Assembly: GCA_051362555.1 (NCBI GenBank)
Contig: CM120647.1
Span: 9,362,001 to 9,426,000 of the forward strand
Source: Lingula anatina
Lineage: Eukaryota > Animalia > Brachiopoda
Reading direction: 5' to 3'
Length of the DNA stretch: 64,000 nucleotides
Shown here piece after piece: positions 39,728-52,287 of this stretch. The notes beneath the pieces are model-generated. The model ran no database searches and was not told the origin of the DNA. It worked only from the letters and a program-made list of their open reading frames with translations. Positions within the stretch are counted from its first letter, which is position 1; the number at the start of each line of letters is the position of its first letter. A program made the translations under genes and the position numbers.

Positions 39728-40064
39728 AGGGATAATAACTCTTCGTATGAAATCTATATTTCACAATAAAAACATTGTGAAGAACTCATAGAAATATAAT
39801 ATATTCTGTTTTACCACAAAAACGGCAGTTATAGCTATTATTCTGATATCTGAGCTGGTCTTCAGACCACGTGACCTCCATTGATGGCTATACTCTGTTA
39901 AAATCTCTTAAGAGATTTTAAGTAAAAAACAAACTTTTTAGAAAAAAACCAGGGTCTAACTTTGAATGTAAAAATGGATTCATTAACCATTGGTAAGTAT
40001 GGGAAAATTGTTGTTTACTCCAGGAAAATTCATTTTTGGGCCAAAACGAAGAGTTATTTTCCCT
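39728..40064. mobile_element. TTAA-flanked non-autonomous DNA transposon (Kolobok-like), copy 1
   Basis: TTAA-AGGGATAATAACTCTTCGT...ACGAAGAGTTATTTTCCCT-TTAA. Diverged full-length homolog at 45316-45637. Confidence 0.8.
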
Positions 40065-41183
40065 TTAACTACAGCAGTTGTGTGCTGAGGCCAACTGACA
40101 AATAAGGTGCCCTTTTTTTCAGAATTGCTTCAGTGACGTTTAAGATACTTTGACAGTGAAGCCCCACAAACAGCGTATTAAGTATTCCACCATTATTAAT
40201 ATTATTAATTTTTTTTTGAAAAAAACTTAATTTGTAAGTCTGTGGGTTTTACTACATGACGAGATTGTCCTTTTGTTTATACTTGTTAAAAGATCAGACT
40301 GATTTTTTAAGTGCAAATTTAGCCTGTTGATTTTTTCCTAGAATTATTACAGTAACCTCACCCTTCAGGAAGTGGACACTTTCATGACCTCGACGAAAAA
40401 CCGAAATTTAATTTTTTTTGCATTTTTTTTTTTGCGGCATTTCTTGAAGGGCGACTCAATCCTTGTTAATGTAAATGGACAGTTCTATGTAATTGTCGTT
40501 GTGAGTTGGTGGAAGCACATTAAGTCCAAATGCCAGGCGCATCTTTATTTGATTTTAGACAACTGAAAACTCTGCGCAGTTCGCATCCAAATCAAACACA
40601 CTTATTTAAGTTCAAAACTTTTATATTTGGCTAAAACAATCCATCTACCTGCACTTGGCAAAATTTTAAAAATTAAAAATTTGAATTTGATAAATTAAAA
40701 CATTTATCCCAGAGTGAGGTCAAAAATGGATAACAGTCTTAATAAATCTATATTTTGATAAAAAAGAAAGAAATTAAAAAAAAAAAAAAAAAATTCGCTC
40801 TCGCTGCCTTTTAGTGTCACATTATGTAATATTGTATATATCTTGTAGTACACTCTTGCCCAAAATGGTTGGTACACGGAAATTTTGAGATGCATATCGC
40901 CCTGTTTCTTTCATTATTATTAATATTATCAAATTAATACTGTTTATATTGTTAAATATGTGAAGCTGGAGGATTGGTAAAATCAAGGAGAAACAAACAA
41001 TGCAAATGTGAAAAAAGGATTAATTTATTTAGGTTTTTTTTTCTCATGCCCCCCAAAAGAGTACATTTTTAACATAACAGTACCAAGGGAAAAATTAAAC
41101 AAAAATTTATACTGTGATTGACAATTAATATGAAATTAGGGGAAATTGTCAAGAAACATCTTCAGAGTTCATTATTAATCTAA

Positions 41184-41711
41184 ATAGCGGGTATGCCCAC
41201 CCCGAGCTTGGATAATGGCCGCCAGACGGCGTGGCATACTGTGAACTAGAGTAACAGCTTTTTGGAAAGGAATTCTGGTCCATTCGTCTTAAAGGGCATC
41301 TCGCCGTTCATCTAGATTTGCAGGGGGAGGGTTTCTCCTCTGAATAGCACAACCAAGTTCGTCCCACATGTGCTCAATTGGGTTTGCATCTGGGCTTCTT
41401 GCTGGCTGTGGCATCAGCTGAATGTTGTTTTGTCGGATGTAGACTGCAATTAAGCGGGCTGTATGGGGAGTTGGGTTGTCATGTTACAATCTAAAATTGT
41501 CTCTGTATATTCCTCTTTCAAACGGCTCCAGGTTCTGCTGGAAAATGTCTCTGTATCTGGCAGCGTTAAGGTTTTCATCCAAAGGAGACAATGGGCAAAT
41601 ACCGCTGCTGCAAATGGCACCCCAAACATGTACAGAACCACCTCCTCCAGCTATTGTTTCCTGAATATTTTCAGTTAATAGCCTCTCCCCAGGGAGCCTA
41701 CGCACTTTCAT
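41184..41711 (-). pseudogene. Tc1 transposase C-terminal fragment (left arm plus spacer), with in-frame stops
   Basis: KVRRLPGERLLTENIQETIAGGGGSVHVWGAI...FRL*HDNPTPHTAR...SPDANPIEHMWDEL...GGHTRY. D-to-E spacing is 34. Confidence 0.85.
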
Positions 41712-42180
41712 AGCTAGAGGAGGTGGTTCTGTACATGTTTGGGGTGCCCTTTGCAGCAACGGTATTTGCCCATTGCTTACTCTGGACGAAAACCTTAACG
41801 CTGCCAGATACAGAGACATTCTCAAGCAGAACCTGGAGCCGTTCGGAAGAGGGATATACAGAAACAATTTTAGATTGCAACATGAAAACCCAACACCCCG
41901 CAAAGCCCGCTTAATTGCAGTCTATATCCGACAAAACAACATTCAGCTGATGCCACAGCCAGCAAAAAGCCCAGATGCAAACCCAATTGAGCACATGTGG
42001 GACGAACTTGGTTGTGCTATTCAGAGGAGAAACCCTCCCCCTGCAAAACTAGATGAACGGCGAGATGCCCTTTAAGACGAATGGACCAGAATTCCTTTCC
42101 AAAAAGCTGTTACTCTAGTTCACAGTATGCCACGCCGTCTGGCGGCCATTATCCAAGCTCGGGGTGGGCATACCCGCTAT
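41710..42180 (+). pseudogene. Tc1 transposase C-terminal fragment (right arm)
   Basis: GGGSVHVWGAL...LQHENPTPRKAR...SPDANPIEHMWDEL...DAL*DEWTRIP...SMPRRLAAIIQARGGHTRY. The catalytic D is changed to E and there is a premature stop. Confidence 0.85.
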
Positions 42181-43856
42181 TTAGATTAATAATGAACTCT
42201 GAAGATGTTTCTTGACAATTTCCCCTAATTTCATATTAATTGTCAATCACAGTATAAATTTTTGTTTAATTTTTCCCTTGGTACTGTTATGTTAAAAATG
42301 TACTCTTTTGGGGGGCATGAGAAAAAAAAACCTAAATAAATTAATCCTTTTTTCACATTTGCATTGTTTGTTTCTCCTTGACTTTACCAATCCTCCAGCT
42401 TCACATATTTAACAATATAAACAGTATTAATTTGATAATATTAATAATAATGAAAGAAACAGGGCGATATGCATCCCAAAATTTCCGTGTACCAACCATT
42501 TTGGGCAAGAGTGTATTTTGTAGCATATACCTTCCCTACGCGTAGGGCATACAAGTGCAATTAGTTTTAGCTTTTTGATTCCATTGATTTATTTACAAAA
42601 TGCTTTTTAAAATAATTTTTGACATATAATCTATAATGATCTACACAATATAATTTAATCCCACCAGGTGCAGAGGCAGATCGCTGGATTTGAGGGTGGT
42701 TTCGAACTCCTTTTTATGTACAGACACTTTTTTCTCTAATACTGCAGTCTATGAGATTCGTTATTTTAATCACTTCATGACAATACTTTACCTCACATTT
42801 GGCAGACACATACACTTAATAGTAGCCATATTTTCCAAGATTGTGGAAGAAAACAATGGACCTCAGATTGACCATGTTCTTAGTTAATACGGCAAACAGG
42901 TACTCTACTTAAATATATCAGTACTTTTTGGACACAGTTTGCTTTTATTACTATTTTAAACTTTCTAATTGACTTTTGTCTCATAATTGATGCACAAACA
43001 AATTGAACGATTCATTTATTGCTTTTATGGGATAAAGAAAAAGAAATGTATCGTGTATTATGTTCTTTCTGACAAGACGGGGGAAAAAGTTTACAGGTTT
43101 ATAATTAACCGAAAATAAGATTTAGTATTTTTTAGTTCATTTGATAATATGTTGGATTAAATATATGCAACATCTCGTTAGATCACGCGTGACACACCGT
43201 AAATCTCGCTGGACGTGACGGGAGTTGTAGATATTGGAGATTTCGGTTTCGGAAACACGAGTACCACTAGTTAAAGGGCGTTATTAGTTATGTAGATTTG
43301 TATGGCTATGCTTTTATCTTAATTTACATGTATGTTGAAATTGTGCCATTTTTTTGTTTTGTCTATATGTCCGTTGCCATGTCAGTCACATTGAGAGAAT
43401 CGAGAGCACTCTCATGTAACTAAAGCAAGCAGCATATAATGAATATTTATTTAAAATAAATTATCCTATGGGTATGGCGCTTTTATATAGACGTGTAATA
43501 TACTTTTTTCTATGTACACAAGTACTTTTTATACTGATTAAGATGTTCCTTTATTTAATTTATGTTGAAGCTTTTTTTGCCTTACCAAAAACGTTTGTAA
43601 ATACGTAATTTTATAAATATTTTATATAACTATATTGTCCGATTTGCATCATTCATTAGAATAATAAATGCTTTTTTAACACAGATTATTAACCTATTGT
43701 GGTTTTTATGGTGTTTGAATAGCAATGTTCAAAATCGTGGAACTAAGGCAATTAAGTTAAGAGGCAGTGATAAAATCAAGCCTTAAATTGAAAAAATCCG
43801 AGATAGCCTAAAGCGAGGCTGTGGGTACTGAGTGATATCATACGAGATTAGAAAAC

Positions 43857-43887
<31 letters not shown>

Positions 43888-44754
43888 CGGCTTGAATTGG
43901 GGTTAACTTTTGAACGATAAAGGCGAAACTGCGTTGGGATGCCTCTTTAGAAAGCAATGCAAAAGTGATACCCCAAAGTAATACCGAAACTCTCTCTCTC
44001 TCTAACCGTTAACTTTCTTATCGCAAGTCGGTCAGATCTATGAAAGCACCCGCAGATTCTCATTCTCTTTAATCATTTATTAATTAGTTAACTCAATAAT
44101 TTACTCAATCCAAATTGCTGATTTTTTCATATTTCCTATGCTAGAATTCCTTGAGACTTGAAGAATGTCATTTAAGGGACATCATTTACTGTAGTAAAAC
44201 GAAAACTGTTGCAATTAGTTTCCAGATTAGTTTCTAGTTTTTTTGACGGACTTTCGAATGCAACTCCACACATCAATACCGCAAATCTGGCATCATGCCC
44301 GGATTACTCATTCAGACTATAGTACTGTGCACTACTCTAATAATTTATCCCACTTTCCTTATTTGAAAATAGTGAACAGCCATTGCTGAAGTCTGGCAAA
44401 GGCCCTATCAATATTTAAGTTTCTATTTCTCGAAATTTCTTCCCATATTTCTTTGGTACGGGTGTACAGCAAACAAAAGCAGTGGAAATATCAATTTTGA
44501 GACATCTTTAACTGGACAAGAAAGTAGAAAAGAAAGGGAGAAAGATAATTGCAACCGTAAAAATCATTTCGAGCTATTTATCTTTTCTTTAATTCTTTTC
44601 CTTTTTTATTCAATTTTTTCCTTTCTGAAACTGACTCGAAACGCAGAAGTACGTTCACTTGGCCTGTTAACAGTCTTCAGTCAAGTAAGAGAGAGACCTT
44701 ATACAAAGCCACTTTAAGAGCGCCTTCAGAACAGATGATATGCAGAGTAATAAC

Positions 44755-44982
44755 AGATCCGCGGACTAAATATTGCCCACTCACCTAAAAGCAGCGCCGA
44801 CTAATTCCCTGATGGTCTTCCCGCCTCCACACGCGCCATTAAAAGGATTTTGTCTCGACTCCAAGGTTTATGAGCAAGGCCCTTGCAGCGATGGAGCGTG
44901 TGGAGGCGGCGAGACCATCAGGGGCATCGCTTTTTAAGCGGGGTCGGCCATATTTAGTCGGCGGATCAGTTAGTCCGCGGAT
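44755..44982. mobile_element. Degenerate long-inverted-repeat MITE
   Basis: GATCCGCGGACTAAATAT...CCCTGATGGTCT...CCGCCTCCACACGC pairs with GCGTGTGGAGGCGG...AGACCATCAGGG...ATATTTAGTCGGCGGATC. Confidence 0.65.
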
Positions 44983-45315
44983 TATCTATTCTGAATGCGC
45001 TCTAACAATGTTCAGTCAGGTCAGGGAGAGACCTTAAATTCACTTCAAGTTCACTTTGGCTCCTTCGCGTGAACAAAACTTATGTTTCGCCTGGCTGCAG
45101 ATTAAGGAAGCTTAACCAGTTTTATGCCGCCCAGCTCTCGCTTTAACACATGTTTTCTTTTCACCTATATGGGCCCAAACAATGAGAAATATTTCCCTTT
45201 GTCCTTAAGACCTTTCTCTCTCTCTCTCTCTCTTCAATATTACAGGATGTGGATGTCACGGATTCAGGTTGCCTCCGGTACGTCCCCCGACGGGGTTAAA
45301 GCCCTTTATCTTTCA

Positions 45316-45637
45316 AGGGATAATAACTCTTAGTATAAGATCCTTATTTTGCAATAAATACATTGTAAACAACTCATAGAAATATCATAAATTCTATTTT
45401 ATTTCCAAACGGCAATTATTCTGAAATCTGTGCTTGTCATCGGACCATATCACGTGCCTGCATAGCCAGCTACATTCTGTAATAATCTCGTAAGAGGTTA
45501 CGATAAAAACTTTTTAGAAAAAAAAGACCAACTTTGAATGTCGGAACGGATTCGTTTATCATTAGTAAGTAAAGAATGGTCGTTTACCCGAAGAAAATCC
45601 GTTAATTATTCGGCCAAAATGAACAGTTGTTATTCTT
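45316..45637. mobile_element. Kolobok-like element, copy 2 (older)
   Basis: Colinear similarity to 39728-40064 (AGGGATAATAACTCTT, AACTCATAGAAATAT, AAACTTTTTAGAAAAAAA, GGCCAAAA). It lies ~300 bp upstream of the DUF885 ATG. Confidence 0.75.
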
Positions 45638-45935
45638 TTAATCATAACAATCTTCAATCTGATTACATTTGTCCCGAACCACTGCATTTTTATTTGAATA
45701 ATTTAAGCGTTAGCTCTGACATATATATATATATATATATTTCGTACACTTCAGTTGCAACATGCTTTATTACTTGAAAATATACTGGTACTGGTATATG
45801 TCAATTTCTACAATCACATGTGATTGACCTGCGTTGTTTAAGTATACGCAAATCCCGCATCACGCCCTCTGTGATAACGTGCGTTAACAGACCTCAATGT
45901 GGCACAGCTACAGAGGAGAGACGGTGCATGAAGAA

Positions 45936-46261
45936 ATGGAGAGCAGGCGGCTGATCGTCCAACTGTCGGTTTTCGGGGTTTTGCTTGTACTGGCAGCGAA
46001 AGGGATTGCAGGTTAGACAGAGGGCGAGGCTGAGAGAGAGAGAGAGAGAGAGCGTCTGTGTGTCTGTATGCGTGTGTGTACAGTGCGTGTGTTAGTGTGT
46101 GTGATAGAATAAAAGAGAGAGAGAGTATGGGCATGTGTGTACTGTATGTGTGTATGAGAGATAGTGTCTGTGTTTTAGTGTGTGTGTGTTTTTGCATGGG
46201 AGAGAGAGAACGTGTGTGTCACTTAGTGTGTTTGTATGTGCAAGAGAGGTGTCAGTACGTG

Positions 46262-46307
<46 letters not shown>

Positions 46308-47509
46308 GAGAGAGAGAGACTAAACAGTAATAAGTTATTCCACATTTAAAATTGTTTAAAAATCAATAGTCATAAACGAATTAAATCACCCATCACGCTC
46401 ATAGTGACAAGACTGGTTTTTATTAGTTAGGGGCGTCTGAATTTTTTGCCATTAAATGTAGGCAACGTACATGTAGACTTGGGACACGAAAGGAAAAGTT
46501 AAGATACTGTACATTTTAATGTAGTCGTATTCGGTCAGTCGGGTCAAGTCGCAGTTGAAAACGTCACATGTAATCAAAACACACAGAATACCTCCTCAAA
46601 TTCATAAGTGAAGCGTGCTGTATTTCGAAGGAGTAGTCTACCCCACCCCCACCTCCACCCACCCCAAAACACCCCCCACCCCTCGCCGCCATGCATTTCA
46701 AATATGTTCTCATAAATTTAACCCATCTAAGTCTGGAATTGTGCATTGAAGGTGGGTATTTCGGGGCCCATTCCCAATAAAATTGTCATTCTACGTACAT
46801 CGATCCAACTCCGCAGGGATGCAATCAGATTAACGTTGGCGTTGGGCAGAATACAAAGAAACCGGTGATGATACGAGTTTAATGGAAACGAATGGAGGTG
46901 TTATTCTATTAATCTAATTACATTCAGCAAGAGTTCCCTGCAGAGGCGGATCGATCTTCGCAGAACGAGAGTTTCACTGGGAATAAGCCTTTACTTTAAA
47001 ACCGTTAACTTAAGATAGTTCGCCGGATGAACCCTAGATCACGTACTTGATATCATCTTGTTAGCGCAGCAGACGACTCCCGCGCTCTCCATTGTTTGTT
47101 CAGCGTATCTGACACGGACACGGTTTATTTTTATTTCGCATCCACCGTTGGAAATCCTTTTTTTTCTCATGCCACTCAGTAGCGGTAGTCAACAATGGGT
47201 GACTTGGGATGTATTTATATATTTTTGTACCCGGATTCTAAAATAAGCTCGCAGATGCTGCTGTTAACATCTGCATCTGAGTAAAATAAGCTGTATATTT
47301 GCGGATTAAAAGATGGTGAAATGTTTAAGACAGAAAAATGTGGGCGGCACCTCTTAATCTTAACGGGTGCAATTTCACCGCATATAAAGTATTTAAGCAA
47401 TCCAAAAATGCAAAATGAACATAAAAAGGGCGCAGGTCATACATTATGTTACTCTAATTAACTGCGCGCACATTTAAAGTTCGATAGTACCCGCCTGTGG
47501 GTTTTGCAA

Positions 47510-47559
<50 letters not shown>

Positions 47560-50461
47560 ATTAATAAATAAATAAAGAAGAAAAGATGATCGAATGAGTG
47601 TGGACAGCTTCTTGGTCAGCATACACTGATGTAAGCTTTTGTATGATGAAAAAATGTCAAATTATTCAAAATATGCCTATGTTACATTTGACAATGACAA
47701 TTATCAATCTATGAACGTATATTTCCACCGACCTAACCCGAGGTCACATACGTGCCATAGCTTGTAGCCACCTACAATGCCCCCCCCCCTCAAAAAAAAA
47801 AAAAAAAAAAAAAAAATCGTACGCGATCTACGCTACTGCACAGGGCAAATGTGTCCTAGACTCTAAGCGTGCCTTGTACGGAGAGCTCCCATTAAAAAAC
47901 TGTATTCGCTCAGGTAACTTAATTGCAAACCAGTATGTTTAACCGTCAACCTCACACCTGTCAACTTTATCAATTCAGTGCCCTCTGAACCTGTCTTCCC
48001 CTTCAGGTTGTAGTAAGTTGTTTTTCTTGCGTGTGTCATCGTGTAAGATTTTATAAGCATGGAACTACAAGACGATCGGCGTAAGGCGTTAACTAAGGAC
48101 GCACCCTGCACCGTTTTGCCTAAAAATGTTTTAAAGCCTAACTCCCGATACCCGGAAGAAGATGATGTTTGGGTGCATTCAAATGCTTGGACCTTGTTGT
48201 TCAACAATCAAACTGACCACTCTTCTTTCACTCTCCCACCTGGACACAGAGAAAATTGGCACACTTGTGTAGGCCCTATATGTGTCTGGGGGGGGGGGGG
48301 GAGGGGGGTAGTGCTCTTCATTAAGTTTGCCTTAGACTGTTCCTGAAGCGGTCGTGCTGGTTTCTATTTTAGCATTAACCGGAAAAGGAGGAGAGAGAGG
48401 GAGGGGTCAACCCGAGTTTCGGAGGTCACTGGAGACTCGCCTCTAATTTCAGTATGCTGTAGCCGTTATAGCAAATGGCAAATTCATGCAGATAACAGTT
48501 TAGTTGCCAACAAAATATCGGAGGGGAGGAGAAGGGGGTTGGAACCTGTTAGTTAGGATCTCTATCAAAGCCAGACATATTAAAGTGTTTAGTCAAATGT
48601 ACTTTATTTGGGTGCAGATTTCAGTGAGTGTGAGAGGTTGACAATAACAGTTACACTGGTTGGAGAACGAGTCTGTGGTCACGCTCACACACCTACAACA
48701 TTTCAAAGTTGCAGCTTTGATTTCCAACATCAGATTCAAAAGTGCGTTAGCGAACTTAAAAAAAAATGTAAGCTCAATTTAACCTCCTTCAAATTTGCAG
48801 CTTTGACAATATTTTATGGTCAACATCAGACTCAAACACCATTGTTAGCGAACTCAAAATATTGCAGCCTTTTCATATTTGTGGGAGAGGGCCAAACTTC
48901 GTTTTCGAAGCGGTCGGAAGCTAGGTGTAACATGGGCTTTAGACTAAAAATAATAATAAAAAAAAAAAAAAACGACACGTCTCTTCTCTTTAGTTTGTGT
49001 TGTTACCCATACCCAGTTCTTCGGGAATTCCGCCTCAGACAGTGCTATCTATTAATCCTACGTTGGAGACATCTTACTTTACCATCGAAGATGCAGCCAC
49101 AGCCTTTAACAAATATTTTCAGTGTTCAGATTGCGTCCTGTCGCTAATATTTGTCATCGATAACCCAGAAACGCTAGTCACAAGGCGGTAAATCTCTCCC
49201 CCGATCAATTCTCAAGTCATTTATTACTAATAAAAATGGATCTCACACGCAGTTAAGACCCATTTTTTATTTTTATTTTATTGTGTTATTATACATACAT
49301 TGAAATGTGGCAATAGTGTAAGAACACCTATGAAATTGTGTGAGGATTACAGCTTCCCCGACCCACAGTTGATATATGACGGCCTGGCTTCATTATTCAT
49401 ACAACACACTTCCAGGGTGAAAAATAAGTTCAAGCACTGAAGTATCATACTTGCCTTCGGCTGAAAAGTTCTATAGAGAACGCGTTATTATAGTTTATAA
49501 GAAAAAACGTTAAAATATGCAACGCATTCACGGGTTATTGTCCAGGAATAAAAAGAAGATACGCTTTCTGGTTTTTTGCCTCGAGGTCTCAGACATCATG
49601 ATTCCAGGTTATGCATGTCATTTCAAAATATACAACGTTTACCTTTTCATATTTTCAGTTAAATGTTTTGGTGGAAAGAGGGACTTGTTGTGGCATACAC
49701 GTATCTTATACTTTTTTATGAGTTAATTGATCAATCAAATAATAAATCTATTAATATGCCTGTTCATTATAAGAACTGAATTCAAATAGATGATGAAAAA
49801 TTCTCTTTGACATCTGATGTCAAAATCTGTGTAGTAGTTTATTTTAAACAATTATATCAATCTCAGATTTCTCCCGTGTTTTCTGTAAAGTTTTAGCATT
49901 AGCTAAATATTTCACATCCCAATAGAAAGGACCCCAAATGAATAAGAACATTAAAAGGACTGATTTAAATCATTACAACAGCCTCAAAGCGCGCAGTGTG
50001 CGACCAGACCTTAGTGAGATAATGTTAGCGAAATGTTCGATAACAATTTATCAGCTTTATAATCATATCTGGGTAATTCAAAAATATCCATGGCTATAGT
50101 TCAAGTCTCAAATGTGTGACAAGTAGCAGATAAGACTTGTTGGCTGGCTTTTTAATGGCACATTTGATATGTTTCTTATCGTCAATTTTGATAAAGATCG
50201 CTTTTTTTACCGTAACTGCGTTTACCAAACACCCCAGTCGCTGATAAGAATTCGATTTTGCCTTTTTATTTTGAATACTGCATGTACGTGCAGATATTTA
50301 TCAGTTTAATTTCAATATGCGTGACCAAGAGGTAGCTAGCGATTTAAAGGCGTTCAGCATTTTTTGTATTGTGAGAGAATTTTAAGTTCTAATTTTCATA
50401 CTGTACACAGCGCTGCGACGATTGTAAAGCTTGTTTTTTAAGAAGTGATTTTTATCATCAA

Positions 50462-50518
<57 letters not shown>

Positions 50519-52237
50519 CAGTCACAATGCTTTTGAGTTACATTAAAAAGTATTTCAACTTTTCCTCCCCTGACCACACTACATACTGGTATTTTCCTGA
50601 TTAATTCAGATGACAAGTCCGACTTAAACCGACTAGTAACGGAATTTTACGAGTGGCGCCTGGCGGACAATCCCGAGTTCGCTACACAGTCCGGAGACAG
50701 CCGATATGATGATCAGCTTGAAAATTTGACGATTGCGGACTTTGAAATGAGAAAGGTATGGCAGGCCCGTAGCCAGTGGGGGTTCCGGGGGGTTCAAAAG
50801 GGCCGCCCTTTTTGCTGGGAAAAGGTCCACGAGGTACATGAATTTTATGGAAAAAGGTCCACTTTTTCAGAAAAAGAATCCCCCTTTTGAAATTGCTGGC
50901 TACGGGCCTGTATGGTTAATTCTGTGCTCTGAATTAAAATTAACGATTCAGCCGAAGTTGCCCGAATGATTCGAACATTTTTTTTATGATGGCCAAAAAG
51001 CTGACGACTTAAAATGTTGATAAAGGATTTTAATTACTGACTTTAACAGTGTTAAACGGTCTGTCAAATTTAAAAAAAACGATAAAAACTGATAAATAAA
51101 AACAGAAAGACTTTCCGAAACCAAAAAATGTATTTTGCAAGACTAGAATAGATAAAGGAGGAAACGTATCGCTTTTGTTGTTAAAAATGCAGAAGTCTAC
51201 ATCATGCATCAGTCTAAATTCTTTAAAAAATTGTATTCGTGGTCTACGTTTTTAATCACATCCACAACACCTGTCCTATATCTTATAATCTAAAAAAAAA
51301 AAAAAATATTCATATATTCCAGACAAAATGCCAAGACTATTTATTGCGTCTTGGAAAAATTGATCGCGCAAAGCTAGGCGAAAGTGATCAACTGAACTAT
51401 GACGTCATGAGGCGGTTTGTTCAAGCATTGGTTGACGGATATGAGTGGCATTTGTAAGTATTAGTTTTGATTATTCATATTGCTGAGCCACTTCATCAAT
51501 TCAAATTCAAATTAAAGCAATGAAACTTCATTAGCTTGCCCCCCCCCCCAAAAAAAAAAAAAAAAAAAAAAACCTTCATATTGTTAGTTCTCGGGGAAGA
51601 ACCTATAATTTTGCTACATGGTAATAACAATTTTATTATCATAAATATTATAATAATAATAATAATAATGATTATTATTATTATTATTATAGATACAACT
51701 CTCTGAACCCAGTTAATTTCCTGGAAGGGCCGCACATCGATCTGGAATATTTGGTCTCCTCCTTGCCGTTCAAGACGAAAAAGAATTATGAAAATTATCT
51801 GACTCGTCTGGAGCTTCTACCCAGTCGGTTGTCCCAGATGGTGGCCCTTATGAGGAAGGCTATAGAGTTGGGAAGAACCAACCATAGAGTGTCCATGGTG
51901 AGAATAAGGGCTTATTCCCTATGAAACTAAGGACTGGGTTCCCATACCTAGATCGATCTAACAGGATCGAACCATCTCCGAGGGATTTTTCGCTAAATTG
52001 CTTTCAGCTTAAGCGGCTTAGATACCTGGCATGCCCACTGAAACTTATAATCAATAATTAATTACCCCTAGCAAATGCAGTAGGCGTAGGATACATCTAA
52101 GCCGCTTAAGTTGATTGCAATTTAGTGAGAATCCCCTCAGAGATAGATCGATCCACAGTAAGTACAATTGGGTCTGGGAATATTCCCTATCGGTTTACAT
52201 AGATCGATCCAACTCCGCAGGGGCTAAATGCAATCTG

Positions 52238-52287
<50 letters not shown>

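Larger units (their letters stand above)
40851..42513. mobile_element. Fold-back (palindromic) Tc1/mariner DD34E derivative
   Basis: TA TSD (40849-50, 42514-15) and Tc1-like termini CACTCTTGCCCAAAA. Arms 40851-41654 and 41710-42513 (804 bp each) are reverse complements around a 55-bp spacer. Both arms carry the transposase C-terminal half. Confidence 0.95.

Noticed and set aside
41484-41903. 139-aa ORF as a functional transposase
   Set aside because: It is a chimera of antisense right arm and sense left arm. It lacks the DNA-binding domain and first catalytic Asp and ends at a premature stop.
48608-49147. 179-aa ORF in DUF885 intron 1
   Set aside because: Non-ATG start, no recognisable motif, includes a poly-A-derived Lys run, and is not needed for the gene model.
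52237-52286. Long poly-A runs (also ~43859, ~47793, ~57633) as retroposon tails
   Set aside because: No shared upstream body or TSD was recognisable. Homopolymer runs are common throughout the window.
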